Origin: an uncultured virus (IMG/VR IMGVR_UViG_3300008266_000310)
Lineage: Duplodnaviria; Heunggongvirae; Uroviricota; Caudoviricetes
IMG/VR virus record: IMGVR_UViG_3300008266_000310
Direction: 5' to 3' (one strand)
DNA length: 20,000 bases
The notes under the pieces are model-generated. The model saw only the letters and a list, made by a program, of their open reading frames with translations, was not told the origin of the DNA and ran no database searches. The stretch's first letter is position 1; every line of letters starts with the position of its first letter. This document shows, in pieces, positions 1-9,660 of the stretch. The translations under genes were made by a program, and so were the position numbers.

Positions 1-705
1 AGAAAAGAATTTAAGATCTATAAAAGAACTTGTATTCTGCTCTATGTAACTCGGATGTTTAACTACAACTCCATAATTGTTTATACCTCCGGGACTAGAT
101 CCAGAGAACCAACCGTTAACTATGTCTGAGATATCCATGTTGATATCTTTATTAGACATATAATCGAAGAACTGACTCCCTGAATAGTTTGTAAGAAACT
201 TACTGCCGGTTATACTCCAAGCAGGTGATGCTTGATAAGGACCTGTATACTCCCAGCTTACTCCGTTTCTAGATTCAGGCTCTTGTGCAAACTGCCCTGT
301 ACCCATCGTCCAGGATTGCGATACTGCGTAAGCCTCTAAAGAATAGGTTGTGTTTAAGTTTTGTGCAGTTGCTAAAAACATTTTTAAATTCGCTTGCCAA
401 GATCCGCTTATGGACTGTGAGGCAAAAGTTTTTAACTTAGCGATTTCAGCTGGAGCAAACTGCAGAAGCGCTCTCCTAATATCAGTTACTGGAAAATAAG
501 CATCAGTTGTAGAGTAGTCGCTATTAGCAGCTAAATCGTACGTATAGTACGGATTATCAGTTATAGAGGTTCTATTTAAAAACCTAACTCCGTCCTGTGA
601 ATTTTTTGCAGAAACTTCTAGAATAGGATCCCTGCCGGTATTCTTAGAAGGATACCTTGAATAGATAGTAGCGTCTGCGGATGAAAATATTTGATATACT
701 GCCAT
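1..705 (-). CDS. Virion structural protein, partial (runs off the left edge); DNRLRE/CBM96-like beta-sandwich
   Basis: Manual translation from ATG at 705, 4 nt after the gp6-like stop: MAVYQIFSSADATIYSRYPSKNTGRDPILEVS...RRALLQF...SQSWTMGTG...NGVSW...DISDIVNGW...NYGVVVK. Open to position 1; motif pattern resembles DNRLRE-type domains. Confidence 0.7.
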   Translation of the reverse strand, partial: MAVYQIFSSADATIYSRYPSKNTGRDPILEVSAKNSQDGVRFLNRTSITDNPYYTYDLAANSDYSTTDAYFPVTDIRRALLQFAPAEIAKLKTFASQSISGSWQANLKMFLATAQNLNTTYSLEAYAVSQSWTMGTGQFAQEPESRNGVSWEYTGPYQASPAWSITGSKFLTNYSGSQFFDYMSNKDINMDISDIVNGWFSGSSPGGINNYGVVVKHPSYIEQNTSSFIDLKFFS

Positions 706-709
706 GTTA

Positions 710-2569
710 TTACATTGTGACTACACGTCCTTTAATATCAACATCTGGATATTTAACTTCAAAGATACTCGGATCTAGAGAAGGGTATATAACTCCGTTT
801 AATGTTGCTCCTGGTATATCATAACTGTATTGCGAATAACCTTGCCCAGTACCTGCAATATTATTAATCTGTACTTTTTGTACAGTTTGCACTCCGGCTA
901 TTTGATCTAATAAAGTATAAATTTCTGATAGAATTATCGGTTCGTTTATTTGCCAATTCTCTCTATTGAAGTAAGCTTTTAAAGCTATTAAACAATTAGC
1001 AATAACATCTCTAGATGTGTAATTAGGTCTTACTATAATATCAAAATTAACCTGAATGTTTATTATGTAAGCAGGTTTTAAAATAATAGTATCGGTGAGC
1101 ATTCTATACTCCCCTAAATAAGTTTGAATATTTTTAAGCAAAGCAGGTCCTGGATCTGTGAACTGTCCTGAGGTGTTGTAGCTTAGTAGGTAAATTGATG
1201 TAGCTAAAGGATCTCTCTCTCCTGGTTCACCGACAAAATACTGAGCAAAAGTTGCTGTATCTTTAGTTACGTAAGCCTTAGCTACTTGTCCAAACTTAGG
1301 AGGCATTCCTAAAACCATTCCGAGATAGTCTTGCTGGGTTACAGCTCTCATTTGAGATGGATACATTGCTAGGGTATTCAGCTTTAAACTCTCCGGAGTA
1401 TCGCCATCCCCTCCGCCTACGGCTCTAGTAGTATTATTTGTAGCTACAGAATTCTGTATAGTCGTAGCGATTGCAGGATTTACAGTACTTGTAAAGTTAG
1501 AGCTAATAGAAGCAATGTAGGTTAATTCATTAATTTGGGCATTAGCTGCTGCTCCTCCTCCTACTAAATATGTTATAGTTAGGGTAGTATTTACCGGAGC
1601 TAAGCCGTAAGAATCGTTGGTTACAAAGTTTGTTGGATCGAAAGCTGTATTAAGTAGGTCAATACCATTTACAGTACCTATACCTACATTAAACGGATCT
1701 GGGATTGAACCTGATACGGCAGTTATACCTGCTCCGAATTCAAGTTCTAATAGAGCGTTGGTCTTAAATCTAGATACGAATCTTCTCGGTACGTCTATTT
1801 TTCTTAGTATGTACGGGACTTGATTAGCTTCTTGATACAGTTGAGGGTAGTTAGTAGAAGTGTTTTGAACAGGATTTAATATGTAATCTTGAGCTAAGTA
1901 AGGTACTTCGTACCACTTATTACCATTACTATCTGCCACACTTAAAATCTCGATAATATTCGCATCTTCGATAGTTCTAATCGGAAATCTTTCTGCTGCA
2001 CCAAAAGTCAATGTAGTTGTCTTAACTTGACCGGAAATAGCAGTAGTAGTTTTCTTAAGTAGATACGTGTTTGGATTACCTCCTACAGTAGTATAAACAG
2101 ATACGTCTGTTGTGTCTATTGAAGAAGATAAATTAAAGTCTACCTTGTTTGGACAATAGAAGAAATTAGAATTATTAATATTAGATCTAACTTGCATTCC
2201 TTCATCTATAGTCAAAGCGTAGTTAAAGTCAGGCAGGTAACTAGCACCGGAGGCCGGTAGCTGCTGATAGATGTCTAGATTTACAATAGCGGCAGAAGTT
2301 ACCTTTGGACGATAACCTAACATGTAGGCTAGTGCATAGAGGTTATTAGTCTGCTTTGCATACTCTAGAAACGTTTCTTGAACTTGGTTATCCAGATAAA
2401 AAGAAAGTACATCTCCTACATAAGAGGCCATGTCGATGAACATGGTACCAGGAGAAGAGGTTGAAAAGTCATTATAAGAATTAGGGTAATACGCTTTTGC
2501 ATACTCTATCAACGCTTCTTTGAAGCTATTAAAGTCCTTATTTAAGTACCGTATATCTTTGTTAGCCAT
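710..2569 (-). CDS. Baseplate wedge subunit (T4 gp6 / baseplate J-like)
   Basis: N-terminal DFNSFKEALIEY..YNDFSTSSPGTMFIDMASYVGDVLSFYLD; FGAG, LTITYLVGGG, GGGDGDT and QMRAVTQQDY motifs typical of gp6-like wedge proteins; adjacent to a gp25-like gene. Confidence 0.9.
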   Translation of the reverse strand: MANKDIRYLNKDFNSFKEALIEYAKAYYPNSYNDFSTSSPGTMFIDMASYVGDVLSFYLDNQVQETFLEYAKQTNNLYALAYMLGYRPKVTSAAIVNLDIYQQLPASGASYLPDFNYALTIDEGMQVRSNINNSNFFYCPNKVDFNLSSSIDTTDVSVYTTVGGNPNTYLLKKTTTAISGQVKTTTLTFGAAERFPIRTIEDANIIEILSVADSNGNKWYEVPYLAQDYILNPVQNTSTNYPQLYQEANQVPYILRKIDVPRRFVSRFKTNALLELEFGAGITAVSGSIPDPFNVGIGTVNGIDLLNTAFDPTNFVTNDSYGLAPVNTTLTITYLVGGGAAANAQINELTYIASISSNFTSTVNPAIATTIQNSVATNNTTRAVGGGDGDTPESLKLNTLAMYPSQMRAVTQQDYLGMVLGMPPKFGQVAKAYVTKDTATFAQYFVGEPGERDPLATSIYLLSYNTSGQFTDPGPALLKNIQTYLGEYRMLTDTIILKPAYIINIQVNFDIIVRPNYTSRDVIANCLIALKAYFNRENWQINEPIILSEIYTLLDQIAGVQTVQKVQINNIAGTGQGYSQYSYDIPGATLNGVIYPSLDPSIFEVKYPDVDIKGRVVTM

Positions 2570-2972
2570 TTAAATTTAATATTACATTATCTGACTCGCC
2601 TGTATTAGCTATAGTATACGAAAACTGAATTGTTAATAAATTCTTATCCGGTTCTGCTCCTATAACGAGATTTGTAATTACTACGTTTGGAAAGTACTGC
2701 TCTACTCCCGATCTGATCTGAGTATCTAGAACATCGAAAGTATCGGCTGTAATTTGCTCAAATAACTGCCTTCTAATATCTGCTCCAAAATTCACATTAA
2801 AAATTCTCTCTCTCTTATCTGTTAGTAGAAAATTAATTAGGTTATATTTAAGTTGTTCCTTTGTTGTATAAACTGTTTGAAATACCGCCGGAGTATTAAA
2901 AGGTAAAGCCACTCCAATACCTGTAGAGGCTCTTAAATCTAATACATTGATATTTCTTAAGTTATATGCCAT
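2562..2972 (-). CDS. Baseplate wedge subunit / sheath initiator (GPW_gp25 family)
   Basis: QLKYNLINFLLTDKRERIFNVNFGADIRRQLFEQ...VEQYFPNV matches the gp25 family pattern; overlaps the gp6-like start. Confidence 0.88.
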   Translation of the reverse strand: MAYNLRNINVLDLRASTGIGVALPFNTPAVFQTVYTTKEQLKYNLINFLLTDKRERIFNVNFGADIRRQLFEQITADTFDVLDTQIRSGVEQYFPNVVITNLVIGAEPDKNLLTIQFSYTIANTGESDNVILNLNG

Positions 2973-3391
2973 TAGAGTATACCCATTTTATTCATTGCAG
3001 CAGAAAAATCAGGAACTGCATTAATCTCAATTGCTTCTAGATTAGAACTTTTTCTAGCGCTAGTAAACATCTGACCTACAGATTCTACGATTGGAGCTTC
3101 CCTGTCGATTGTTTGTCCGCCAAACACTCCAAACTCTTCCGGAGACATAGCTTGAGCAGTTTCAGCAAGCAAGCTACTAAGTGGATTGTTTGGTCCTAAA
3201 GTAGGTGCTATAGGCCTAGGGGTTTCCCTGTTTAGAGTACCGGGAATAGATTTAGCTTTAGGAGTCTCAGTAATTGTATGCTGTCCCCTATTTGCTATAA
3301 TAGCTTCTTTTAAAATTCCGGCAAGTTCCTCTTGGAATACTCCTCGAACTTCTTCGCGAATAATTTTTCTAAGTGCATCTAATTTTCCCAT
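2972..3391 (-). CDS. Hypothetical protein (likely virion-associated)
   Basis: 139 aa; TAATG coupling to the gp25-like gene; TATTTAT 5 nt upstream; N-terminal LRKIIREEV. Confidence 0.7.
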   Translation of the reverse strand: MGKLDALRKIIREEVRGVFQEELAGILKEAIIANRGQHTITETPKAKSIPGTLNRETPRPIAPTLGPNNPLSSLLAETAQAMSPEEFGVFGGQTIDREAPIVESVGQMFTSARKSSNLEAIEINAVPDFSAAMNKMGIL

Positions 3392-3409
3392 ATGTTATAA
3401 ATATATTTA

Positions 3410-5380
3410 TTATCTGTTTCTACGACCTGTTCTTGGAGGTACTACTGCCTGTTGTTGAGGAGTTTCACCGCCTGTTCCTACAGAAGTCGCAGTATTTTCT
3501 GCAAAACTTATAGACGAAGCAGCTATCTCTCCCTCTGCTGCTACTTGAGATTTTAATTTATCTGATGCAGCATTCAAAGCTGCACGAGTTCTCTTTCTCA
3601 AGCTTCTTCCGCCCGGCAATTTATTAAGAAAAGCATTAAGTCCAGTACCTTTACTTTCATCTTCGTTATCAGGGCTATCTAGATTTTCAACGGTTTGTAA
3701 ATTTAAATTATCTTGAAGTACGTCATTACTATCTAAATAGTCTAAAGATACACTAATAACAGCTAAATCAGACCCGTTTAGTATTGATAATGAAGGCTGT
3801 ACAAGCCCTGCTGATATTAGTTTAATTTTAACTTCTTCAATAATTACGGCAGTATTTGTGGCAAAAGTAAGATCAGATTGAGTAACAATAAATCCGTTCT
3901 TATCCAAAGCTATACCCCTCCTTCTCTTATTCGTAACTGTCCTCTCTACAACCTCCTCGTCTACTACCTTAATTTCATACTGTCCGAAAAGAGCAGTGTT
4001 TGGATTAGTTTTAGAATCGTACTGGGTTATGTAAGCTGCAAGGTCGTTTCGAAGATTCTCTAAACTATCTGCTGCATCTCTCAACTCTGCTAGTACTTCT
4101 GAATCTTTCATAGCATCACAACCTTCTAGAGCAGCTAAAAGTTCTCGGAGTCTAATTAAAATTTCATTAGCATTTACAAGTAAATATCTAACAAAAATAA
4201 GTACAACGGAAAGTAGAGCATTTATCTCTTTCAGCAACCTAATAAGTCCACTCGTAGTATCTTCAGCGGCACCACGAGCTTTATCGAAAGCAGCCTGTAT
4301 CCCCACTGTAGTAAATATATTTCCTAGAGGTAAGGCTAGAATGAAGGCTTGTACGAATTTAAAGACTTTGATAACTAATAAAGCTACTTTAATTATAAAC
4401 TGAGCTTGTTTGATTATACCCTGTAGTCTTGTAGCTATCCTAATAAAAGATTGAACGGCTCCTACAATTTGTCTTAGAGTTGGAATAATCTTAGTAGGGT
4501 TTACATACTTACTTAGCTCTTGAATTTGAGCTCTTATATCAATATTAAGGAAGTTACCTACAATTGCTGCTGCAGACTTTATGTTTAAAGCTTCGACAGC
4601 TACACAAATAGATCTAAGCTGTGAGATTTTATTCTGCAGTTTTAATAAATCTGCATTAGTAATAGTTCTGTAATCTGTATACTTTCCTGTAAAGCCTAGA
4701 AAATCGTCGATAAAGTTAACATTTCCTGCCAGACCTGGTACCAGATTTAGTATCTGTTTTTCTTCTGGAGTAAATAAACCTGCAGTAGCTGTTTGAGTTT
4801 CTCTTTGAAAGATATCTTGAATAGCTAAAATTAGATTATAAGTATTCAACCTTGCAGCGGAAGTACCTGAGATGTCTGTAGAGTTCAGAGGAGTTCCAAA
4901 TGTATTAACTGCTTCTTGATTTGTTATAGCTTTTAAGTCTGTCCCTAAGTAAGAAGAGACTAATGTATTAGGGAATGCAGTATACTTATCAATCAACACC
5001 CTTACGGTAAAGCACTGATCTTGTAAAAAATAGAAAGCTTCTTGCTCCGGTCCCCATGTCTCGCGTGAAGGTCTAGGAAGTTTTTTTAAGTTTACAGTAT
5101 CGAGAGTGTATGTAATAATGTTACAAAGATCTACAGAGTTGAGGGCATCGAGAGCATTATAAAGTCCTGAATTGAGTAAAGAACCTTGCTTTACGGTTGA
5201 GGGCTGTGTTGGCTGGGCTGTATATTGTAGACTACCGCTAACAGGGTCGTACTTAGCAGAAAAAGCAGGCTGTGTATTAGCATTCCCCCACAAGATTTTA
5301 TTTACACCAATCTGCAGGTCTGCAACTCCTTTAGCTGCTCCAGTAATTAGTTTTTCTAATGATATTCCAATGCTTGCCAT
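3410..5380 (-). CDS. Large helical hypothetical virion protein with a hydrophobic central segment
   Basis: 656 aa ORF in the baseplate operon, coupled via TAATG; hydrophobic/amphipathic helices (IIKVALLVIKVFKFVQAFILALPL). Confidence 0.75.
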   Translation of the reverse strand: MASIGISLEKLITGAAKGVADLQIGVNKILWGNANTQPAFSAKYDPVSGSLQYTAQPTQPSTVKQGSLLNSGLYNALDALNSVDLCNIITYTLDTVNLKKLPRPSRETWGPEQEAFYFLQDQCFTVRVLIDKYTAFPNTLVSSYLGTDLKAITNQEAVNTFGTPLNSTDISGTSAARLNTYNLILAIQDIFQRETQTATAGLFTPEEKQILNLVPGLAGNVNFIDDFLGFTGKYTDYRTITNADLLKLQNKISQLRSICVAVEALNIKSAAAIVGNFLNIDIRAQIQELSKYVNPTKIIPTLRQIVGAVQSFIRIATRLQGIIKQAQFIIKVALLVIKVFKFVQAFILALPLGNIFTTVGIQAAFDKARGAAEDTTSGLIRLLKEINALLSVVLIFVRYLLVNANEILIRLRELLAALEGCDAMKDSEVLAELRDAADSLENLRNDLAAYITQYDSKTNPNTALFGQYEIKVVDEEVVERTVTNKRRRGIALDKNGFIVTQSDLTFATNTAVIIEEVKIKLISAGLVQPSLSILNGSDLAVISVSLDYLDSNDVLQDNLNLQTVENLDSPDNEDESKGTGLNAFLNKLPGGRSLRKRTRAALNAASDKLKSQVAAEGEIAASSISFAENTATSVGTGGETPQQQAVVPPRTGRRNR

Positions 5381-5808
5381 TAGTTAGTAAAAGTTGATTT
5401 TGACAAACAAGTGGTTTTTAATTGCGACTTTATTCTTGTAGCTTGAGAACTCAACACCTTACTCTCTTTTACGATACCGGGTATTGAAGTTTCGAGTTCT
5501 TTTTCCGACATCTTAGCTAGAGCATCACTCAGGGCTTTTATTGCATCTAACAAATCCCCTAACTGCTTTACTGTTTTAGCTCCTAGTAGAATAGGGTCTC
5601 CGTTTTTTTCAGCTTGATAACCTAATTCAATCTTAGGTGAAACTAGTATCGTTCTTTCGTTAGCATCTACAGTGAATGTAGCAGGTGACGAGATTGATAC
5701 TCCCTTCTTACCGAATAAGAATACGAAGTCGTCATAGGAGTGGTGTACTACTCTCCCTGAAGAGATAATAACTTGATTACCTGTGTATGGGAATTGTGGT
5801 ACGTACAT
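5380..5808 (-). CDS. Putative baseplate spike C-terminal part (gp5/VgrG-like beta-repeat region)
   Basis: Short beta-strand-like repeats (QVIISSGRVVHHS..VFLFGKKGVSISS..FTVDA..ILVSPKIELG), then GDPILLG and helices; directly downstream of the gp5-like ORF. Confidence 0.5.
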   Translation of the reverse strand: MYVPQFPYTGNQVIISSGRVVHHSYDDFVFLFGKKGVSISSPATFTVDANERTILVSPKIELGYQAEKNGDPILLGAKTVKQLGDLLDAIKALSDALAKMSEKELETSIPGIVKESKVLSSQATRIKSQLKTTCLSKSTFTN

Positions 5809-6752
5809 TAGGAACTAATTCTTTTATCTTGATCTAGAGGAGATAGACTGTCATAACTTGCTAGCTGCTGTTGTACAGGTATAGCAGTTGTAACTATTCT
5901 CTCCAGAGATACTTGTAGACTTGTTAAAGTAAAATTGTTTTGTATATCATCTATAACTACTCTTTGCCCAGAAGTTAAATAGATAGAAGAAGGATCCCTG
6001 TTGATATCTTCCACAGTAGGAACCCATGCAGTAGGGTCTACTTGCTTTCCTTGACCGTTTCTAATAATAGTAATTGGATCTCCAATCGATCCTGTGGATG
6101 ACCAATTATTCTCTTTTCTGTTTGCTGTAGTAGACCCAAACCTAATTGAATTACCCCATCTTCCTTCTACAGTAACATCTCCTACGAAAGGTCTTAATGC
6201 TTTTATAGTTGACGATTCATTAAATTCTGGATTTAAAGGGTAGTTACCGGATTGAGTTACAGAGAGGTTAGCTGGTTGATTTAACTCTAAAGACTGACCG
6301 TAAGTCCTTTCATTGGAGTTGGCGTACTCGTCTAGATCCCCTAAATCAGGAAAAGCATTGTGATGGCTAGCATTCCATAAATTAAACGGAGCTAAATAGT
6401 AGTACTGTTGTTGCCCTCTATTTTCGTTTAACTTTGGACTAGGACCAGGAATAAGTAGTACTAATTCTCCTTCCAGAGGTAAGTGTTTTACTGCGGAGTT
6501 AGCCGGTTTGGCTACTGGATTTCCTCCGCTCTGTAAAGTTCTATCTTGAACACCTTGTATCAACTGATACGTAATGTTACCTATGTCGGTAGGATTTGTA
6601 TAATACGGGTCTTTTGTAGTTGATGCAGCATAGTTAGGACCGACCACAACATGAGTTACTCGTCCTAGTAAGTAAGGTGCTTTTGGACGAGGAGCGTTTT
6701 GAGTAGTTTGAGCTACACTTTGAACAAAGGTAGTATTTAGGCTAGTTGCCAT
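5808..6752 (-). CDS. Putative baseplate hub/spike protein (gp5-like N-terminal OB fold)
   Basis: LGRVTHVV...HLPLEGELVLLI resembles the gp5/phage baseplate OB-fold signature (P..GE.V.V); GDVTVEGRWGNSIRFG; baseplate context. Confidence 0.55.
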   Translation of the reverse strand: MATSLNTTFVQSVAQTTQNAPRPKAPYLLGRVTHVVVGPNYAASTTKDPYYTNPTDIGNITYQLIQGVQDRTLQSGGNPVAKPANSAVKHLPLEGELVLLIPGPSPKLNENRGQQQYYYLAPFNLWNASHHNAFPDLGDLDEYANSNERTYGQSLELNQPANLSVTQSGNYPLNPEFNESSTIKALRPFVGDVTVEGRWGNSIRFGSTTANRKENNWSSTGSIGDPITIIRNGQGKQVDPTAWVPTVEDINRDPSSIYLTSGQRVVIDDIQNNFTLTSLQVSLERIVTTAIPVQQQLASYDSLSPLDQDKRISS

Positions 6753-7107
6753 TCGTTATCGCTTTAATCTCGTCTTCTTTTAGTGGTACAGTTGTTTTTT
6801 GAATATCGCTAAATAGGATTTCTAGATCTTTTTCGTTAAAGAGTCCATCAGCGGCTTCAGTACTTTGATTTGCTTTTTGTAATATTTGAGCTAACTTAAC
6901 TAAAGCTTCGTCATTTTTTATATCAGAATCTAAGTAACCTTTAATTAAAGGCACTACCATAACAGCGTCGCCAGGTTCACTAACCATATCAACTAACTGG
7001 TCTGTTAGTAACTTAATTTGGCTTTGCTTTGCTTTATGATTCTTAACAATATCTTTTACTAAGTCGTTATATTTTTTCCCGTCGTATATTTCAAAATCAA
7101 GGCTCAT
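6742..7107 (-). CDS. Hypothetical helical protein
   Basis: 121 aa ORF, first of the structural run; TATTTAT 14 nt upstream. Confidence 0.75.
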   Translation of the reverse strand: MSLDFEIYDGKKYNDLVKDIVKNHKAKQSQIKLLTDQLVDMVSEPGDAVMVVPLIKGYLDSDIKNDEALVKLAQILQKANQSTEAADGLFNEKDLEILFSDIQKTTVPLKEDEIKAITNGN

Positions 7108-7129
7108 AAGACTATTTTAAAATAAATAG

Positions 7130-7903
7130 CTAGCGAGAAAAAATATCAATTTCAGTACCTTTCTCTAAATAATCATTGAGCATCTCCTTATAAACTTCCT
7201 TTAACACCTTTATTACCTTAGTAATCACTGGTGTAGGTGCGTCAGTAATCTCCTTTATGTATATAAAAAGTGCTTTCTTATTGAATATGTCAATATTTTC
7301 TCTCCGCTTAAATAACTCTAAAATAGCATCTCCAACCCGAGCTTCTTGTGGTTTTGTAAATAATTCTAAAAGATCTCTATCTATACGTGCGATAAACAAG
7401 TTGATAAACGTTACCTCTTCTAACAGTCCCGTGTCGTTCTTTAAAAGCTCGTTAGTAATTGTCTTATCAGTATCTACATCGTCTACCGCTGCTCTACCTT
7501 TCAGCCTTTTATAGTTGTTGTTGTTATATACAATAAGATACCTTTTTGCAATAGTTCCAAAGTACGAATAAGCCTTGCCTTTGGTTTGATCATACAAGTG
7601 TAATTTCTCAAGAAGAAAAGCAATTACTTCGTGCTTGAGTTCATTAATATTACTAACTTCGGTGTAATAGAACTTAAACGTATGTATAATATTCTCTGCA
7701 AGTTTGTAGAAAGCAAAATATATTCTCTCATTAAAGATCTTATCTCTAATAGCCTGTACCTTCTCTTCTCTGTAATCTAGAATAGCTTGCTGAGTATCTA
7801 AAGTAAAATAGTCTATAGATTTTTTAGGTCTTCTCTTCCTGACCTTACCGTCTTTTGTAAGCGCAACTTCTAATTCCTCTACCTTAAAAATATCTTCTAC
7901 CAT
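7130..7903 (-). CDS. Phage RNA polymerase sigma factor (T4 gp55-like, putative late sigma)
   Basis: FYKLAENIIHTFKFYY...ELKHEVIAFLLEKLHLYDQTKGKAYSYFGTIAKRYL resembles sigma region 2 of gp55-like factors. Confidence 0.65.
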   Translation of the reverse strand: MVEDIFKVEELEVALTKDGKVRKRRPKKSIDYFTLDTQQAILDYREEKVQAIRDKIFNERIYFAFYKLAENIIHTFKFYYTEVSNINELKHEVIAFLLEKLHLYDQTKGKAYSYFGTIAKRYLIVYNNNNYKRLKGRAAVDDVDTDKTITNELLKNDTGLLEEVTFINLFIARIDRDLLELFTKPQEARVGDAILELFKRRENIDIFNKKALFIYIKEITDAPTPVITKVIKVLKEVYKEMLNDYLEKGTEIDIFSR

Positions 7904-8175
7904 TACCTTCTATTAAATTGATTTAGCGCTTCTTGAATTGCTTTTAGATTTTGAAAAACTGTTTGAAGTTCTTTATCACTCTCAAGCCATATTTTATCAT
8001 CTAAGTTTTTTAAAGCTCTATCAGACTCTCCTATTAAGGATTGTAGCCCTGATATAAAACTAGCTTGATTTATTACAGTAGTTTCTAACTTTTCATTCTT
8101 ACGGTACAGGTTAAAAATAACCCAACCTACTACAGTAGATGCCCATAAGGCGATCATTATCCATCCAAATACCAT
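7903..8175 (-). CDS. Small membrane-anchored coiled-coil protein
   Basis: N-terminal TM-like segment (VFGWIMIALWASTVVGWVIFNLY) followed by a helical soluble part. Confidence 0.7.
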   Translation of the reverse strand: MVFGWIMIALWASTVVGWVIFNLYRKNEKLETTVINQASFISGLQSLIGESDRALKNLDDKIWLESDKELQTVFQNLKAIQEALNQFNRR

Positions 8176-8176
8176 A

Positions 8177-8980
8177 CTACAGTCCTTTTAGTGCGTTTAA
8201 TAATCCGGGATTATTCTTACCAATATTGGTTAGTTTTTTAGCTTCAGCTTGTTGTTTATATTGAGTAGGAGTAGCAGGCTTTACTTCTTTTGGCTTAGTA
8301 GGAGTAGCAGGCTTTACTTCTTTTGGCTTAACAGCACCTACCTTATTGATCCACTCTTTCTCCCACTCTACCCTCGCGGCTATTATATCAGCTTGATGTA
8401 ATATCAAAGGTAATGAGGTCCTTAATTTTGATTCACTATGACTAGAGATAAGATATGCTTTATTCCCTTCGTCGTAGAGTCCATCGTGAGTTTTAATAGC
8501 AATAAACTCATTAATAGACATCAGAATTCCATTAGCTTGTAATGTATATAAGGAACTATCTTGAATTAGAATAAAAGGAAGTTCTACATTAGGCTTATAG
8601 TTTGCACCTTGGTTCTTAACGTGCCATTCGGAGTCGTTAGGTATATATGCGGGTTTTCCGTCAAATCCTAATTTCCCTAAGTCGTGATTAATTGCCGAGA
8701 ATACTAATTCCTCTTCCGTGAAGTTGATAGTCGCTCCCATTTCTTCCCATAAGCTTCGAACTTTCAAAGCCGCTTCTACAACTCTAATAACATGGTCTAC
8801 ATAACCGCCCGGAAAGGAGTTATGATACGATGCTCTAGAAGAAGCCGGGGCTAGTGCTAGATTTTCTTCTTGTTGCTGGTACAGAGCTAGTAGTTTAGAA
8901 GCTCTAGGCTCTGGAATATACTCCTCGATTATTGAGTAAAATCGCTGTAGATTAGTTTGAATTTGTTCTGCTGATAACAT
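8177..8980 (-). CDS. HD-domain metal-dependent phosphohydrolase (YhaM-like)
   Basis: APASSRASYHNSFPGGYVDH...HDLGK...THDG...LHQAD motif set. Confidence 0.88.
   Translation of the reverse strand: MLSAEQIQTNLQRFYSIIEEYIPEPRASKLLALYQQQEENLALAPASSRASYHNSFPGGYVDHVIRVVEAALKVRSLWEEMGATINFTEEELVFSAINHDLGKLGFDGKPAYIPNDSEWHVKNQGANYKPNVELPFILIQDSSLYTLQANGILMSINEFIAIKTHDGLYDEGNKAYLISSHSESKLRTSLPLILHQADIIAARVEWEKEWINKVGAVKPKEVKPATPTKPKEVKPATPTQYKQQAEAKKLTNIGKNNPGLLNALKGL
8264..8329. repeat. Perfect 33-bp in-frame tandem duplication
   Basis: agtaggagtagcaggctttacttcttttggctt x2 (8264-8296, 8297-8329), encoding KPKEVKPATPT twice. Confidence 0.95.
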
Positions 8981-8998
8981 ACTTTTAGGTTTATCTAA

Positions 8999-9029
8999 CT
9001 AATATATTACCTTTTGAGAAGAATAGCAA
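8999..9029 (-). promoter_or_regulatory. Bacteroidota-type promoter (variant) for the HD/sigma operon
   Basis: Minus strand TTG-N20-TATATTAG, 18 nt before ATG 8980. Confidence 0.55.
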
Positions 9030-9036
9030 CTAAATC

Positions 9037-9216
9037 TTAGAAAGATTCTTGTTCGGTATTAACTAACGTCTGTACTTCTTGGATCTTTTCCCTTAATGAT
9101 TCTACAACTTGTTGAAATTGCTCTCTTGTAAAATTCTGAGATAAAAGGGAATTTAACCTACTTACAGAGTTGTCTAGAGCCTCTAACTTGTTCGTAATCA
9201 GTGTTTTGTAACGCAT
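9037..9216 (-). CDS. Hypothetical 59-aa coiled-coil protein (not in ORF track)
   Basis: MRYKTLITNKLEALDNSVSRLNSLLSQNFTREQFQQVVESLREKIQEVQTLVNTEQESF*; starts 1 nt after the glutaredoxin stop. Confidence 0.75.
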   Translation of the reverse strand: MRYKTLITNKLEALDNSVSRLNSLLSQNFTREQFQQVVESLREKIQEVQTLVNTEQESF

Positions 9217-9217
9217 A

Positions 9218-9532
9218 TTAATATACTATTTTTTTAATGTAGTTTACCATGTCTTTAGAATCTAAACATCCTTTCTTGATTAACTTTCCAGTAGCTACTT
9301 CATTTAAACTCTCGTAAGTCTCGCCCCTATAAATATAATAGCTAATTCTTGAAGCTTCTACAATAACGATTGGGTATTCCTCAACTCCTAAAAAATCTTC
9401 TAGCTTATCGGCTAAAGAACCATTCTTATCGGCATCTAGTAGAGAAAATGTAATATCGGATTTTTCTAACTCTTCTACTAACACCTTGCAGTGACTACAC
9501 CCACGTAGCCCCAGAACCCTTACTTTTACCAT
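9218..9532 (-). CDS. Glutaredoxin/thioredoxin-like protein
   Basis: N-terminal GCSHC (CxxC) and the cis-Pro-like motif EYPIVIV. Confidence 0.85.
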   Translation of the reverse strand: MVKVRVLGLRGCSHCKVLVEELEKSDITFSLLDADKNGSLADKLEDFLGVEEYPIVIVEASRISYYIYRGETYESLNEVATGKLIKKGCLDSKDMVNYIKKIVY

Positions 9533-9606
9533 ACTTTTTTCTTTTCTTTTTTTCTTTTCTTTTCTTTTTTCGATTTCTTAATAAAAGAGAAATCTTTTGA
9601 TTTAAA

Positions 9607-9637
9607 AGAAGTTAAGGATTTTTTTTCACATTTCCAA
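9607..9637 (-). promoter_or_regulatory. Bacteroidota-type promoter (variant) for the glutaredoxin
   Basis: AAGTTG-N20-TAACTTCT followed by AATCAAAAG, as in the early cassettes. Confidence 0.5.
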
Positions 9638-9660
9638 CTTCCTACATCTAATGTCCGAAA

